This document shows, piece by piece, positions 41,601-57,500 of a DNA stretch of 64,000 nucleotides. This DNA comes from Cycas panzhihuaensis (lineage: Eukaryota > Plantae > Cycadophyta), in NCBI GenBank assembly GCA_023213395.1, contig CM041465.1:195183741-195247740 (forward strand). Direction: 5' to 3'. The translations under genes were made by a program, and so were the position numbers. Position 1 is the stretch's first letter, and the number at the start of each line of letters is the position of its first letter. Under the pieces are notes generated by a model. The model worked only from the letters and a program-made list of their open reading frames with translations, searched no databases and was not told the origin of the DNA.

Positions 41601-44103
41601 AATATGCTTTCGCAAGTTTGAAAATATAAATTAGAGAGGAGAATGATTAGATCTTATTTTTGGTAGATCCTCCAGAGTAAAGTCTTTATAGCAACTCACC
41701 CAATCATAATTAACCAATACTCTGTCTAGTTTAATATGGATTAGTTAATTGCCCAACCTTTTGTTGGACTAGGTGAATGATTCACCTCTCAGATTCACGT
41801 CCACTAATCCCCCCTTCAGCAAGAAGCATCCAAACTCATGCATGTTATTCGTCTAACCCTCTTGGCCCCCTTCTTATCTCCTAGGCATAGTGTTGTGTTA
41901 AAGTCTCCTGCCACTAACTAAGGAGCACTGCAATTCCTGTGGACTTCCACAATTCTATCCCATAACTTCTTTCTGTCCTCCTGAAGGTTTAGGGCGTACA
42001 CATTTGTAGCTATCCATCTTGTGTTGTTTCTTCTGCTGGTAAGCCACAAGGATATAAAAGAGTCCTCCATAAAGGTTTTCCCAATCCATTCGTCTGTGTT
42101 CCACATCACTATTAAACCACCAATCCCTTGAGTATTTCCTACCTCTTTTCCTTCAAATTTCCTCCAAATTTTGCTCCTAGCTCTTAGGCTATTTTCTAGA
42201 TTTAGCTTTGTTTCCTATAAAAAAAGTAAATATGGGTGCTCTCTTATTCTCATGTCTCTTATAATCCTTTGTTTTGAGGGGGCATTCGGTCCCCTAACAT
42301 TCTACAAAATGAGTTTCATCACTTTCTCCTTTGCTTCCAGACCTCTGAAGCCTCCCCTTTGGGCAGATCTCGCTCCTTAGCTCGCGATCTGAGTTTAGGC
42401 CCTTCAAGAAAGCCATCATTGAGAGTTTTCTGGTTACCCTAATCCACCAGGGTAGCCGCTTCCCTTTCTCTAACCAATTTCAGGGGGGGCCTACCCACCC
42501 ACTTTTCAGAACCAACATCTAGTATCTTCTTCTGAGCCTCTTCTTGTTGGGTCATACAAGGTGGGCTCATTGCACCCAGTCTAACTGGTGTGGTTTCCCC
42601 TTGACTACCTTCCCTATCAAACCACTCTCGCGAGCTCAGCGCATGACCCTCCTGATCACCTGTCTCAAAAAGGATGTCCTCCTCGTTAAGATCAAACTCT
42701 AGATCCATTACCCCTTGGTGGGGGGACTCTCCTTGCAACATAAGAGGGCACCCTACTTGCCCCTTAGGAGGGCTACCGCCTTGGACCTCAGGAGGGAATT
42801 TGCCTTGCACCTCTAAGAAGCACTCACCTTGCACTAGATCATGAGGATCTATCGCCTTCTGAGGGTTGTCATTCGACTCTAAGTTTTCTTCCTGCTTTCC
42901 TCCCTTTATATTCTTTTCTCTTAGGCATTTCTGGGGTAAGTGACCCAATCTCCTACAGATCGAGCATCTAAAATTCCCCATCTCATATATTAAGTGTTGG
43001 GCCCAACTCCAATCCTCCATATCAATCCATAGTTTGTCTAGGAGGGGTTTATCAATCCTAACCAGGGCATAGAACCTAGCATTAATAAGTCTACTTCTAT
43101 TCTTGGTCACAGAATCCATACCTAAGAGAGGATCCATGACTTTCATAATCCCTTTCAGGACCTCCAAGTTCCAATGTTGCAATGGGAGACTCGGTAACTG
43201 GATCCAAATAGGAGCTTGCTTGACCTTAGGTAATGATAGGTCAAAGTCCCTGTGCTATTTTTCGAGGATTAGAGCTTTTCTCCCTAACATCCAGGGAACC
43301 TTTAGGAGGATGTTGGTCATGTCTTCATGGGATACAAATTTGAAGAGAACATAACCCTTTGGCATTTCTATGACTTCCACATTTCCCACCATCTTCCATT
43401 CGTTCCTAGTCTAGCTTCTAATAGTTTCTAGTCCAAGTGTGGACCCTGAGAATCGATCAACGAGGGAATTCTCCTAAAATTTCTCTATTTTCTCCACTAA
43501 TCCTTGAAGAATTTTTAGTCTAACTTTGTTATCTTGAATAATGGGAGTTAAATCATAGGCCTCTTCATCATTGGATCTCAATACATTAGAGTATGATCTC
43601 CCCTGTGAGGGATTATAAATATGGTTTTGATTGATTTGATCCTTCTCCATAATGAAAGAAAATACTAGAATAAACAAACGACTTGTAAGGGCCCGAATGA
43701 CTTACCATGGGCATTAGACACTTGAGATCAGCCTCCTCCTTAATCTCTGTCTTGCTTTCACCTATTACTCTATTGAACCAGCTTGTAATAATCCCTTCTC
43801 ACTTGATATCGTCTGCTGTGTTGTCGTCGCTCTTCCTCACTTCTGCATGGATAGGGGACTTAGCTGGGAGACACATTGACTCATATCTCAAAGCAGATTG
43901 ACTCCATAGATGTGTGGCAGCCGTCACCCATGAGGTACACCTGTGCAGCACTGTCAGACTAGATTTGAGGGTGTCAAAGGCCTGTAACCATGTCTGACTA
44001 GCCCATCTAGGGTGCCTCCTCGATGTGATCCTGTTCTCCAACACTACGGCCATCGAATCAGAGCTGTCATTGAATGTAGACCATAAATCTTGTAGAGCTG
44101 TCG
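38635..44103 (-). mobile_element. L1-clade LINE (ORF1 DUF4283/zf-CCHC; ORF2 EN-RT-zf), lacking RNase H and poly(A)
   Basis: ORF1 starts near ATG 43650 (APIWIQLPSLP, CSICRRLGHLPQKC). ORF2 has EN remnants (ATNVYA, GDFN), DRNTKFFH, RQGDPLSP, QFVDD, YLGMPL and zf-RVT. Same family as the LINE at 9151-11328. Confidence 0.93.
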
Positions 44104-47100
44104 TCTCCTTTGGGCATCATTCACTACATCTTGGACTACCATATTTTTGGCCTTTTAGGTTGTTTTATGGAGGGTTCCTTATCTCAAAGAGGGATCCATT
44201 CTTAGTTGTATATGTGAGACCTTCTAGTAACATTGGACTTACTATTCAATTTATGCTTTATTTCTATCATTTATCTTTCATATGAAAGAAGTACTCTTGT
44301 AACTTTATATTATTATTTATTGTTGTAATTTTAGTAAGATTATACTATCATTTAATTGTTATAATTTATGCCTTGCAAGTATATAATATATGTATTTACC
44401 TATTTTTGGAGTAATTGTTTGAAATTTTATCTAGAATAAATTAGTGAGCTTGCTATAAGTGATATAAAAGCTTTGTTTAGAAGACATCTTGAGGGAAAAT
44501 AAGGAAATTATTTTCCTTTTCTTACCCCACTTCCTTCTAAATAGAACTAAGATTAGGAAGGACTCTTCAACAAAGCAAAATGGTGAATACTCCATCAATA
44601 GTTATAAGAGACATAGATAAAAGGATCAACTAGTTGAATGATAAGATATCAAGCATGGACATGTATTTATAAACGACCTTAAGAAGTTTTTAAAATAGCA
44701 TAGGCAGGAGGTTGGATAAAAATAAAGAAGGAGAAACCTCAAGTGAAGATAAATTCTAGGAATAAAAGGATCACTAGGAATTTAAAGAAGAAATCCTTAA
44801 ATGAAGAAATCAAAGTGATCACCAACAAAGGAATTAAAAGGGATTTCAAACATGGAAATGGCCTTAAAGGGGTTGTTTTTAGGGGGGAATTAACCTTAAC
44901 AAATCAAGGGATATTTGTAGCTAGATACTTTAGAAACCTACTTCCAAGTATATAGCCTACCCAACTAAGAGCAAGTCTTAATGGCTTCTTTTTATTTATG
45001 TGGCAAGTCACTTTAGTAGTCCCATTAGTAGAAGAGGACCTATAAGGAGACAGTAAGCAATGATTGGCATTCCCTAAAAATAGGCTTCATAAAGCAATGT
45101 GAGGATACCAGGAATATAGATTACTTATCTTAGTTCACCTGATTATAATAAGCAGGCTTAGTTTAGGCCTATACTAAATAATTCCAAGGCTTACAAAGCT
45201 TAGTCATACAAAATATACTAGGTGAACTCATTACCCAAACTTACATTAGAGGGCTTAGGGGTAATATCATATATCATATAAAAATAATAGGGGCAACTAA
45301 TGTGAGGGAAGCTATTTGACTTACCAAAAATATCAAAGCTAAATATAGAGAAGGTAGATCTAATTTTATGTATTATAATGAGCCACCTAAGCAACCAAGC
45401 CAACAATTCCAACCAAATTGAGAATAATTAGGAACAAAAGTAGGGGGTCTTGTATTAGAGAAGAAAGAAGAGCACTTACCTCAAGCTAAACATATTAAAA
45501 ATGGGACATGTTTCCATTGAAGAGAAAAGTGGAATCTTAGTTATAAATGCCTTACTAAGAAGATGTTTATGATAAATAATAATGATGATAATATACTAGA
45601 TGAGTAAGGAGAGGAAGAACCCAATAGGGAAGCTATAGCCAAAGAAAATAAAGTAGAAATCAAGGATTTATTGAATATTAATTCTGGTGATATGCAAATC
45701 TCTTTACAAGCCATTACTGAAGAGACCTACACTCCTCAGATGCTATAATTCATAAGCTTGACTAAAAATATAGATATATTAGTTTTGATAGAGAGTGGAA
45801 GTACCCACAACTTCATAAATAAACCAACAATAGATAAGTTAGGACTCTTGATTTAGTCACTTAATGTTTTTCAAGTAACAATGGCTAATAAAAGGACTAT
45901 GCCATGTGATGGTCACTATCAAAAGGTAAATTATAAATAGCAAATTATACTACAACTACATCTATGTTTTCCATTCCCATTAGAAATGTCAACATTGCTT
46001 TGGGAATTTAATGGATACAATATTTGGGAAACATAGTCACTAATTATAGAGCACGATTTATGTATTTTCACTAGAGGGTCAAAAATACAAATTATAAGCC
46101 CCTGATACTCTACCAACCTAGCTAGTAACCTCTCAATGAATGGAGAATTTATTGCTAAAGAATCCCATATGTTTTATACTTTCTTGTTATAAACAAACCA
46201 TAGAGGAGTTTCTTATGAAAGTCTAAGCCATCATTAATCAATACAGTTAGGTATTTAGTGAACCTCCCTAAGGATTACCTCTAAGTTGAGGTTATGAACA
46301 TTCTATCAAGCTAATTCTAGAAGCTTCCCTAATAAACATTTAACATTACCACCATATATTTCATTTTAAAAGGGAAATTGAATGAATTATATAATAGTTA
46401 CTGTAGTAGGGATCCATCACTCCAAGTACTAGATCATGTGTCACCTATTATACTTATTAAAAAAAAAGATGGATCTTATCGAATATGGATAGATTATCAA
46501 GCTCTCAATAAATTGACCATCAAAATAAGTATCTAATTCCATTACTATATGACTTATTAGACGAGTTACACAGAGCTTGATATTTTCAAAGATTGATTTA
46601 TAGTCTAGTTATTATTAAATTTGAATAAAAATATAGGATATTTATAAGACAACCTTATGGATCCACGAAGGAGTATTTGGGTTCAAGTTATGCCATTTGG
46701 ATTAACAAATGGCATGATGACATTCCAAAGCTTCATGACCTAAGTACTCAAACCATATTTATAGGAATTTGTATTGGTTTTCTTTAATAATATTTTGATC
46801 TATAGTAGATATTAACAAGAACACATGCATCATATCCAAATAATTTTACAGTTACTACGAGACTAATAATCTTTTGATAATAAAAATAAATGCATATTTA
46901 GATAGATATAATTAGAGTATTTGGGTCATATAATAACTCAAGAAGGATTCAAGTTTGATCCGAAGAAAATTTAAGCAATCATAGTTTATCCAATTCCAAA
47001 AAATATAACAAGGATATGAGGATTCCTAGGAGCAATATGATTCCTTTGTGGATTCATCAAAGGGTACATACATATTGTAGTGCCACTAATACACTCAACT

Positions 47101-49123
47101 AAGAAGGATTCCTTTATATAGAATCCAGATGCTAAGTTAACATTCTAAATATTAAAATCTTCTATGACCATTGCACAAGTATTTGCAACTCTAAACCTCT
47201 CCCATCCATTCATGATTGAATGTGATGCATCTGAAATAGGAGTAGGAGAAGTACACTTATAAGAAGATAAACCATTGGCATATAAAAGTAGGAATCTTAA
47301 TGCATGAGAATGACTCAAACCTATATATGATAAGGAAATATTAGCCATCATGCATGCCATACATCAATGGTGTTAGTATCTCCTTGGAAATAAGTTCATA
47401 GCAAAAACAGATCATAACAACCTAAAATACATCCTCAACCAAAAATTGCTCTCTAACAAACAACAAAAGTAGGTGAGCACACTTCAGATGTTCAAATTTT
47501 CTATCCTCAATAAAAAGTAGAAAAGAGAATATCACCGTCGATGCTTTATCCAAAATTCTAGTAAAAGATATTAAAAGCAACTTCGCCACCCTATAGAGAG
47601 CATCACCATAGCAATGCCATAATAGATTGAGGAATTAATCTGAGTTGATATCAATGACCCTTGCTCTTAAGAGGAATTATAGGAAATCAAAAGGGGCAAT
47701 AATACCAAATATAATCTACAAGGGAGGATAATTATGAGAAAAGGAAAAGTATTAGTGCCATTAGTTTTAAATATCAAAACAAAAATTTTAGAGGATGTAC
47801 ATTGTTCCATAATTAGAGGATAGATGGGAATTAACAAAACTTATTGACAAATTTGGGATACCATTTTCTAGAAAGGAATCAAAATAGATATATATAAGTT
47901 CATTTATGAATGTGGTACCTATTAGAGAAATAAGAGCAAAATCCTAAAAATCCCTAGGTTGCTCTAGCCAATACATATACTAGAACAAAAGTAGGAAGAG
48001 ATCTCAATGGACTTCATCACAAAGTTATCAAAATCTAAAGGGAAATATGCTAATTTTATGGTATTTGATTATCTAACCAAATACACACACTTTAGAGGAA
48101 CATAAATACCGACTAAAACTATTCAGATAATAAATATATTTATAAAAGGAATCTATTGCCTCTACGATTTCCCAAACATAATTATTAGTGATATTGGCTC
48201 AAAATTCACAAGTAATTTTTGGTAAGAATGATTCAAAATGGTAGGTACAAAATTGAACAAATATGGCCTATCAGCCTCACATAAATAGACAAATAAAAGC
48301 CATTAATAAATGTTTGGAAGGCTATTTATGAAATTTTACTTCTGAGATAATATCAATGGCATAAATGGTTCTATTTAGCTAAATGGTGGTACAATACTAC
48401 TTATCATACCACAATAAAGATGATATCATTTCAAGCTTTTTATGGTTTTAAACCACCCTCCATTCTAACATGGTCAAAAACCTCTAAAGTATAAGTTATA
48501 CAAGAGCATTAGGAGTATATGTAATAAATGCTTAAGCTTTTAAGGAATAATCTAAACATTTCCTAGAACAGGATGAAATAACAAGCAATCCTCCATATAA
48601 TAAAATAATCATTCAGTCCAAGAGATTGGGTTTTTCTTTGACTTGAACCTCATAAGTAAATAACATTAAAATATTTTGGTCAACATAAATTATAAATAAA
48701 TTTTTTTAGCCATATAAAGTAATGGCCAAAATAGGAGAGGTAGCTTATCAAATGGAATTACCTCCTATAAGTCACATCCATAACACATTTAACATAAACT
48801 ATCTTGAACAAAAGCTCAAAAAGGATATAATGCCTCAAATAGACTTACTCATATTAGATGAAGAAGACAAGCTCACAATTGAACTAGAAGGTATCTTACA
48901 GGTACATCTTAGGAGGCTTCATTTAAGAGAAATTAAGGAATATCTCATTAAATAGAAGCTGTGTGAAAATATTAACAAAACCTAGGAGTATGAAGAGTGG
49001 ATATAGCATTTATCAAAGTTAGCCATGCTTTGATACCAAAGCATATTTTCAGGGGAAGGGACTTGTAGAGTTCTAAACACTTTTGGAAGGTTAATTGGCT
49101 GACCTTTCATAAGAGTAGAAAAA

Positions 49124-51058
<1,935 letters not shown>

Positions 51059-51592
51059 CTTCTTTTTAAGAGTATTTTGGCATACTTCTAATATACGTTT
51101 AAGTGGGTTTTTGCCTCTTTCTGGCTGATTTCTATTAAGGGTTATTTGATTTCTTATGTAAGGAATATCTTGGCCCTCCTTTGGGCATCGTTCACTACAT
51201 CCTGGATTGCCATATTTTGGGCCTTTGGGACTATTTTGTGTAGGGCTCCTTACCTTAAAGAGGGATCCATTCTCAACTATATGTGCAAGACCTTCTAGTA
51301 ACATTACACTTATTCAATTTATGCTCTATTTCTGCCATTTATCTTTCATATAAAAGTATTACTCTTATAAGTTTATATTATTGTTTATTATTGCAATTTT
51401 AGTAAGATTATATTATTATTTAATTGCTACAATTTGTACCTTATAGGTGTATATTATGTGTATTTATCTATTTTTGGAGTAATTATTTAAAATGTTATCT
51501 AGAATGAATCAGTAAACTTATTACAAGATTCTTAATGGAGGAGATATATAGATTAAAGGAGTTATCAAAATTTAATAAAGTGAAGGTAGGAG

Positions 51593-54500
51593 TGAAAGAG
51601 GTTAATATATCAAGGTTATTTGTGTAGATTAATTATGTGAGCTTAGGATATATTGTTAGCATTAGTCTCTTAATGAAATGTGTTTTATGTGCATTTAAAT
51701 GTAATTTCATGTTCATGGTATTAGGCAAAAAAATTCTAACCCTAATACTCACCCTCAATAATAAAAGGTGAAATCTCAAAGAGGGAGTCATTATTCATTC
51801 TCACCTCCAAACTTAACTCTCATATCTTGTTTCATCTCATTTTCATTCTCCAATACTTTTGTGTGCATGTGAGTGATTTATTCCCTAGATCCATCCTTCC
51901 TTCATGTAGTATCAAAGCTAAAAGGGGATCTATTCACTCCATTCCACTTGCATGGAGTCATTTTAGCTCTCCTTCACCTTCAATATAAAGTATTGAGAGT
52001 GCACTCATTATTTTTAACAGTTTGAGAGCTTAAAATTATATTACTTTGTATTTTGTTATTTTTTCTATGTGTACAAAATTTTAAAGGTGAGGAATATATG
52101 TTTTTGAAGTCATTCAGTTGTCGGAATAGTCCCAGAAGTATTAAAGGCCTAAAATTTCATGAAAATTTTAACCATCTTAGATTTTAACAAAATTTGACAT
52201 GTAATGTCTCATTGACTAAAGGATCATTTTTTTCTTTTAGAGTAGCTTTAGATTCAACCTATAATAGTGATTTTGGGCAGAGATAAAAGGTTAAAATTTG
52301 TAGATAAGTGACTTAAGCACTTTTCCCAATGATATCCTTTAATTATATGCTAAAAATATTAAAATTTTTTCAAGGGATCTAGTAGATTTATGTCTTAGGA
52401 TCATTTTAAGATAAATCTCATTAAATTTCATCTACCGATTAGTGAGATCTATGCAGTTTTCTCACGGATGCTGAATTTGTCTACTCAACCCCACAAAGGA
52501 CATTGTGAGGGTGTTTTGGGCAGTTTTTGGCTGATTTTAGAGATGGTACAGAAGAAAAAGTTGATGTATGTGTTAAGATGTAACTTTTAACATATTGAAG
52601 TTCAGATTCTAAGAGAATGGATCTGGCAAGATTATACTTTTGTGCTTTTTTTAGGTAAAAATTTTTTATGCCTTTTTAAAAATTTAACTTCACTACTCTA
52701 TCAGAAACGATATTCTAAATACTTTTTCCTTGTACCATAAATTCAAATTTCATCATTTAGGCCTTTATATTTGTGATTTTTAGATAATTTTACCCATTTA
52801 TTATTATTTATAAATTTTGTGAAAAAATCACAAAATAGAGTAAAATATTATGCATCTAGATTTAGAAAAATTAGTATCTTAGTGGTAAGTTGATCCACAT
52901 TTTAGCCCATTATGGTTTTTGTATTAAAATGTCTAAAAATATATTTGGAAACATTGTTCTAAAAGCAAGGAAAATCTTAGATCAGAAGCAACATCCAGTT
53001 CCCTTGCTAAATCTAGCATGCTTTTTCTATTTGCATACATAGCATAAAGCATCACAAAAGTAGTAGTAACAAAAAAGTAAGCACAAAAAGTAAATGAGAG
53101 CATTTGGTAATTTTCTATTTTAGTTTTTAGTTATTCGAAAACATCTTACATTATTCCTAAAAGAAATCTCATCTGTACGATCTATCTTGCCAATTCTTGA
53201 CTTGTACACACATTCACCTTGGTTGAAATAGACCACAGTTGGTCAAAGTTTGGGCCCTAAGGGAGGTGTGAGTTTTATACTGGGTCTGGTCTTAATTGGA
53301 ATAATGGTGGAGGGACAGGTTCGCCATACCTATGGCCTCCAATAAGGGATAATCCTGATACCTACCCAAGAAAACTAAAAACCTTAATGTAAGATTAAAA
53401 TTAACGTGGTCCAATATCCATCATAGCTATGGGATATGCACGTACCATTTGACTCTTCGGAGGAGATATATAGTTACTCACTAGTGATCTGAGTGAGGAC
53501 TGGGAGTACTTGGGCTCCACTATGACTTGGATTTTATCACCAAGTGTAGGTGTGGGTATTATGGGTGAAGGCCCTAATCGTATACTAGAAGCTTTAGGCA
53601 TCAAAACCTCACCTATATTTGGACATAAGTGATAGGTTAGTGGCATGACACATCACCACTCTTTGCTAGCTCTACATTAGGCCTTATTCTTGTATCATTT
53701 CTTATACTCATTTTTCATAGTTATTGAAAAATACTTAATCATTGCTTATTTGTTATCATAGCATTTATTTCTACATCCCTACTATACTAGGTGTACTAGC
53801 CATATGTGTTAGTGGCACATACTTCTATCATCTCTTCTACTTCTTTATCATCACCATGTCATCTCAATTCAAGTAGAATATCAACTGCATATTGAAAGAC
53901 AAAGAAAATTAGGATTTGTGGTACATTGGAGTTAAAATGTTACAAAGTATGAAGGCCTTTGGAGAGCCCACTTGTAGCCTATACCCATCATACCTATAAT
54001 AGCTATAACACCTGTTTTTGGTGGATCTGCCCCAACAACTCCTACAGATGCTACATCCAAACTATAATGGGAGATAGATGATGAAAATATTTGTGTAGGA
54101 ATTCTATTGGTTACTAATCACTCATTGCACAACTTGATTAATGAAGAGCAATATGATACAGCCTGAAAGGTCCTTAAAGTTTTCAAGAAGAACTTTGATA
54201 CTAAGTCAAATTTAGAATTTATTCATCTTTTTCTAAAAATGAACAAATTAAAAATATAGAAGGGACGAGCTCATGAGATAATAAATCTTGTTCAACCAAT
54301 AAAATAAGCAATTGATAAAGATTTTAAGACTTAATATATCAATTGGGTATTCTTGATCTAATCATGTCTACATGTCCCTAGTTATAAAAACTTGCTTGGA
54401 AGTCTTCAATTTAGTGGAATATTGAAGACACTCAACTTCAAAGCACTTGTCGAGAAGTTCATAGAATTTGATAAGACCTTTGATACTAACTTTGTAGCCT

Positions 54501-57500
54501 TTGGCTCTCTTCCAGATGTAGCCTTTGAGGTGGAAGAAGAAGTTTATTACATAAAAAATCAAGGTCATGGCAGAGGAAATAACTGAGCAAGAGGAAGAGG
54601 AAAAAACATGAAAATTTATCTATAAGGTCAACCAAACCCTTAGTTATAGCCTTGGCAGTATCAAGGCTAAGGACTACCAAAGAGTAATACAGTCAGGCCA
54701 AACTAGTACCTCTACAGGCACTAGTAATCAGACTATTATGTGTGATTGGTGTAACTATAAAGGACACTTAGTAAAAGACTACAGAACTGCCATGTATAAG
54801 TTGGCCAAGTTCCAACCAAAACATAGAGCTCACAATATTGAAGAAACTTGTGAAGAATCCTTTAGTGGTGCAGGTTTTGTATATGCACAGTTTCAAAGAA
54901 TAGAGGGATCTTCAACATCAAATGCCATTGACCAACCAAAGAGATACTTTGAAGCTCGATGTGGATATATCACTTGTGAATTTCCTTTACCAATACCAAG
55001 CCCTATTGGAATTGTAAATAGTATGGCTTCAATCAATGGACAGTGGATCATAGACACAAGAGCAACTCAACATATGACGTGTAATAGTAGTCTATATCAA
55101 ACTTTTGACTCAAATGTTCAAAGAGTTATTCACATGATTGATAAATCATAATAGCCTATTGAAGGAATTGGTAACATTTGTTTGAAACTCCCAAGCTTAA
55201 AAGATTTTACATTGCTTGATGTCTTATACATACCCAATCTCAAATAAAACCTACTCTCCTTATCCACATTTATCTCTCGTGGATTTAATCTGAGTGTAAC
55301 TACAAATGACTAGACTCTCTAAGTCATTTACCCTCCAACTAATCAAGTGGTCTTGATCAGACATCTCTCTGGAAAACTCTTTCTACTAAATGACTCTCCA
55401 TCTTCTGAAGCCTATTGTGCCTAAAACCCTTATGTTGATGAAGAATTTATATTTAATTCCATCTTGACCCATCCAATGTTATCATTAGAAGCTCTTTGGC
55501 ATGCTCACATGGGCCATGTTCACATTTATAGACTTAGAGATCTTTATAACACTCTTCCAAATCTTCTAAAGTTCTCTAAGCCCTTTAAATGTGAATCTTG
55601 TATCATTACCAAATCTCATCGACAACCCTTTTTCAAAAGTTAGTGGAAATCGAGTCATCCATTACAATTAGTACACTTTGATCTGTGCAGACCAATGCCC
55701 ATTCCTTCATTGAATGGAAAGTTATATTACATCTCTTTCATTAATGATTTCACTAGAAAAGTATGGGTAGTTTTTCTATATAAGAAAGATGAAGCCTTCT
55801 GTGTATTCAAAGAATTCAAAGCCGGCACTGAAAAAGAGTCAAGTTATCAACTCAAATGTCTTCGAATCGATAATGGTTATGAATATACCTCATATTAGTT
55901 TGAAAGCTACCTTCGAGATAATAGCATCAAGCATTAAACAATGATGTGTACCCACAAAGAAATGGAGTTATCGAGTGCATGAATAGGACAATCATAAACA
56001 TGGCTCGTGATATGTTGGTATATAAAAATGTACCTACCTACTTATGGATTGAAGCCATCTAGATGGCTATTTATTATATCAATGTTATTATCCCATCAAA
56101 TGAAGGACAAGCACCTAATGAAAAGTGGTCAGGACAAGCCCCCACTGTTTACTACTTCAAAATTTTTAGCTCTATATGTTATGCCTATATTTTGGATACA
56201 GATCGAAATAAACTCTAGCCTAGGGCACTTAATGGCATCTTTGTTAGATACCCTATATATAAGAAAAGGTATAAGGTCTTTATACCTTCACAATGAAAAA
56301 TTATTATTATTAGAGATGTTGTTTTTGCAGAGATAGAGGATCAATTGCTTAAACTAGACTCTAAAATACCCTTACGCTGCAATAATAATATTATTAAGTA
56401 TGATGTTTAGATTCTAAAATTTGGGGGTGGGGGGGACATACATAAATTATTCCAAATATTAGAAGCTAACAACAGAGCCTTAGAGGATACAAGTTATGAC
56501 TCTGAACCAATGAGTGCACATCTAGCACCATCCTTTAGAGATAGCAGAGTAGACAAAGGCAAAGCTATTATAGAAGAATCATCCTCTCCACCTTCAATTA
56601 ATAAAGGAAAAATAATGGTAGAAGGACCATCTTCCTCAGGCATATCAATATCCTCCTCACAAAATAATTATTTTAATAAATAAGATGAGAACCAAGAAGT
56701 TGAAGAAATGGGGACTTCATTCCCAACTCAAGGATCTCGTGAAGCTCGCCAGCTCAATAAGGATATATGACCAGATGAGGTGGGGAAAAATGGCATTCGA
56801 AGTGCCCATAGAGCAAGGATACAAGAATCATTATATACTGAGCTTGAACTGACAGAATTGCACCTTACTCTTAATGAAGAGCACTTAATGTACTAAGAAG
56901 CTGTAAAACATATAGTCTGAAGAAATGCTATAAATAAAGAGTACCAATCTTTTATCAAGAACAGTATATGAGAGCTCGTTGATCTACCACTTGGTAGAAA
57001 GATAGTTCAAAATAAATGGATGTTTAAAAATAAATATAGATTAGATGACACCCTTGAAAAACACAAGGTGAGGTTGGTAGCTAAAGGATTTACATAAAGG
57101 AAAGGTGTCAACTACATTAAAGACTTTGCATCTACAACCAAGTGGCCTATAATTAGAACTCTTATGGCCTTGGTTGCTCGATAAGATTGGAAAATCCGCC
57201 AGCTCGATATTAAGACTGCATTTCTCAATGGTGATCTTGAAGAAGAAATTTATATGGCTCAGCCAGAAGGATATGAGATCAAAGGTCATGAGCATAAGGT
57301 TTGTAGGCTCAGAAAGTCTTTGTATAGCCTTAAACAAGCCCCTTGTGCTTGGTTTGCCAAGTTTTCTAAAAGAATGAGGTAACTTAGATACGAGATTTGT
57401 GACTACCAAGATATTGATGAAACATTATTCATCAAGCACCACAAAGACAAAGTCATTTATCTTATAATCTTTATGGATGACATGCTAGTAACGGGTAATA

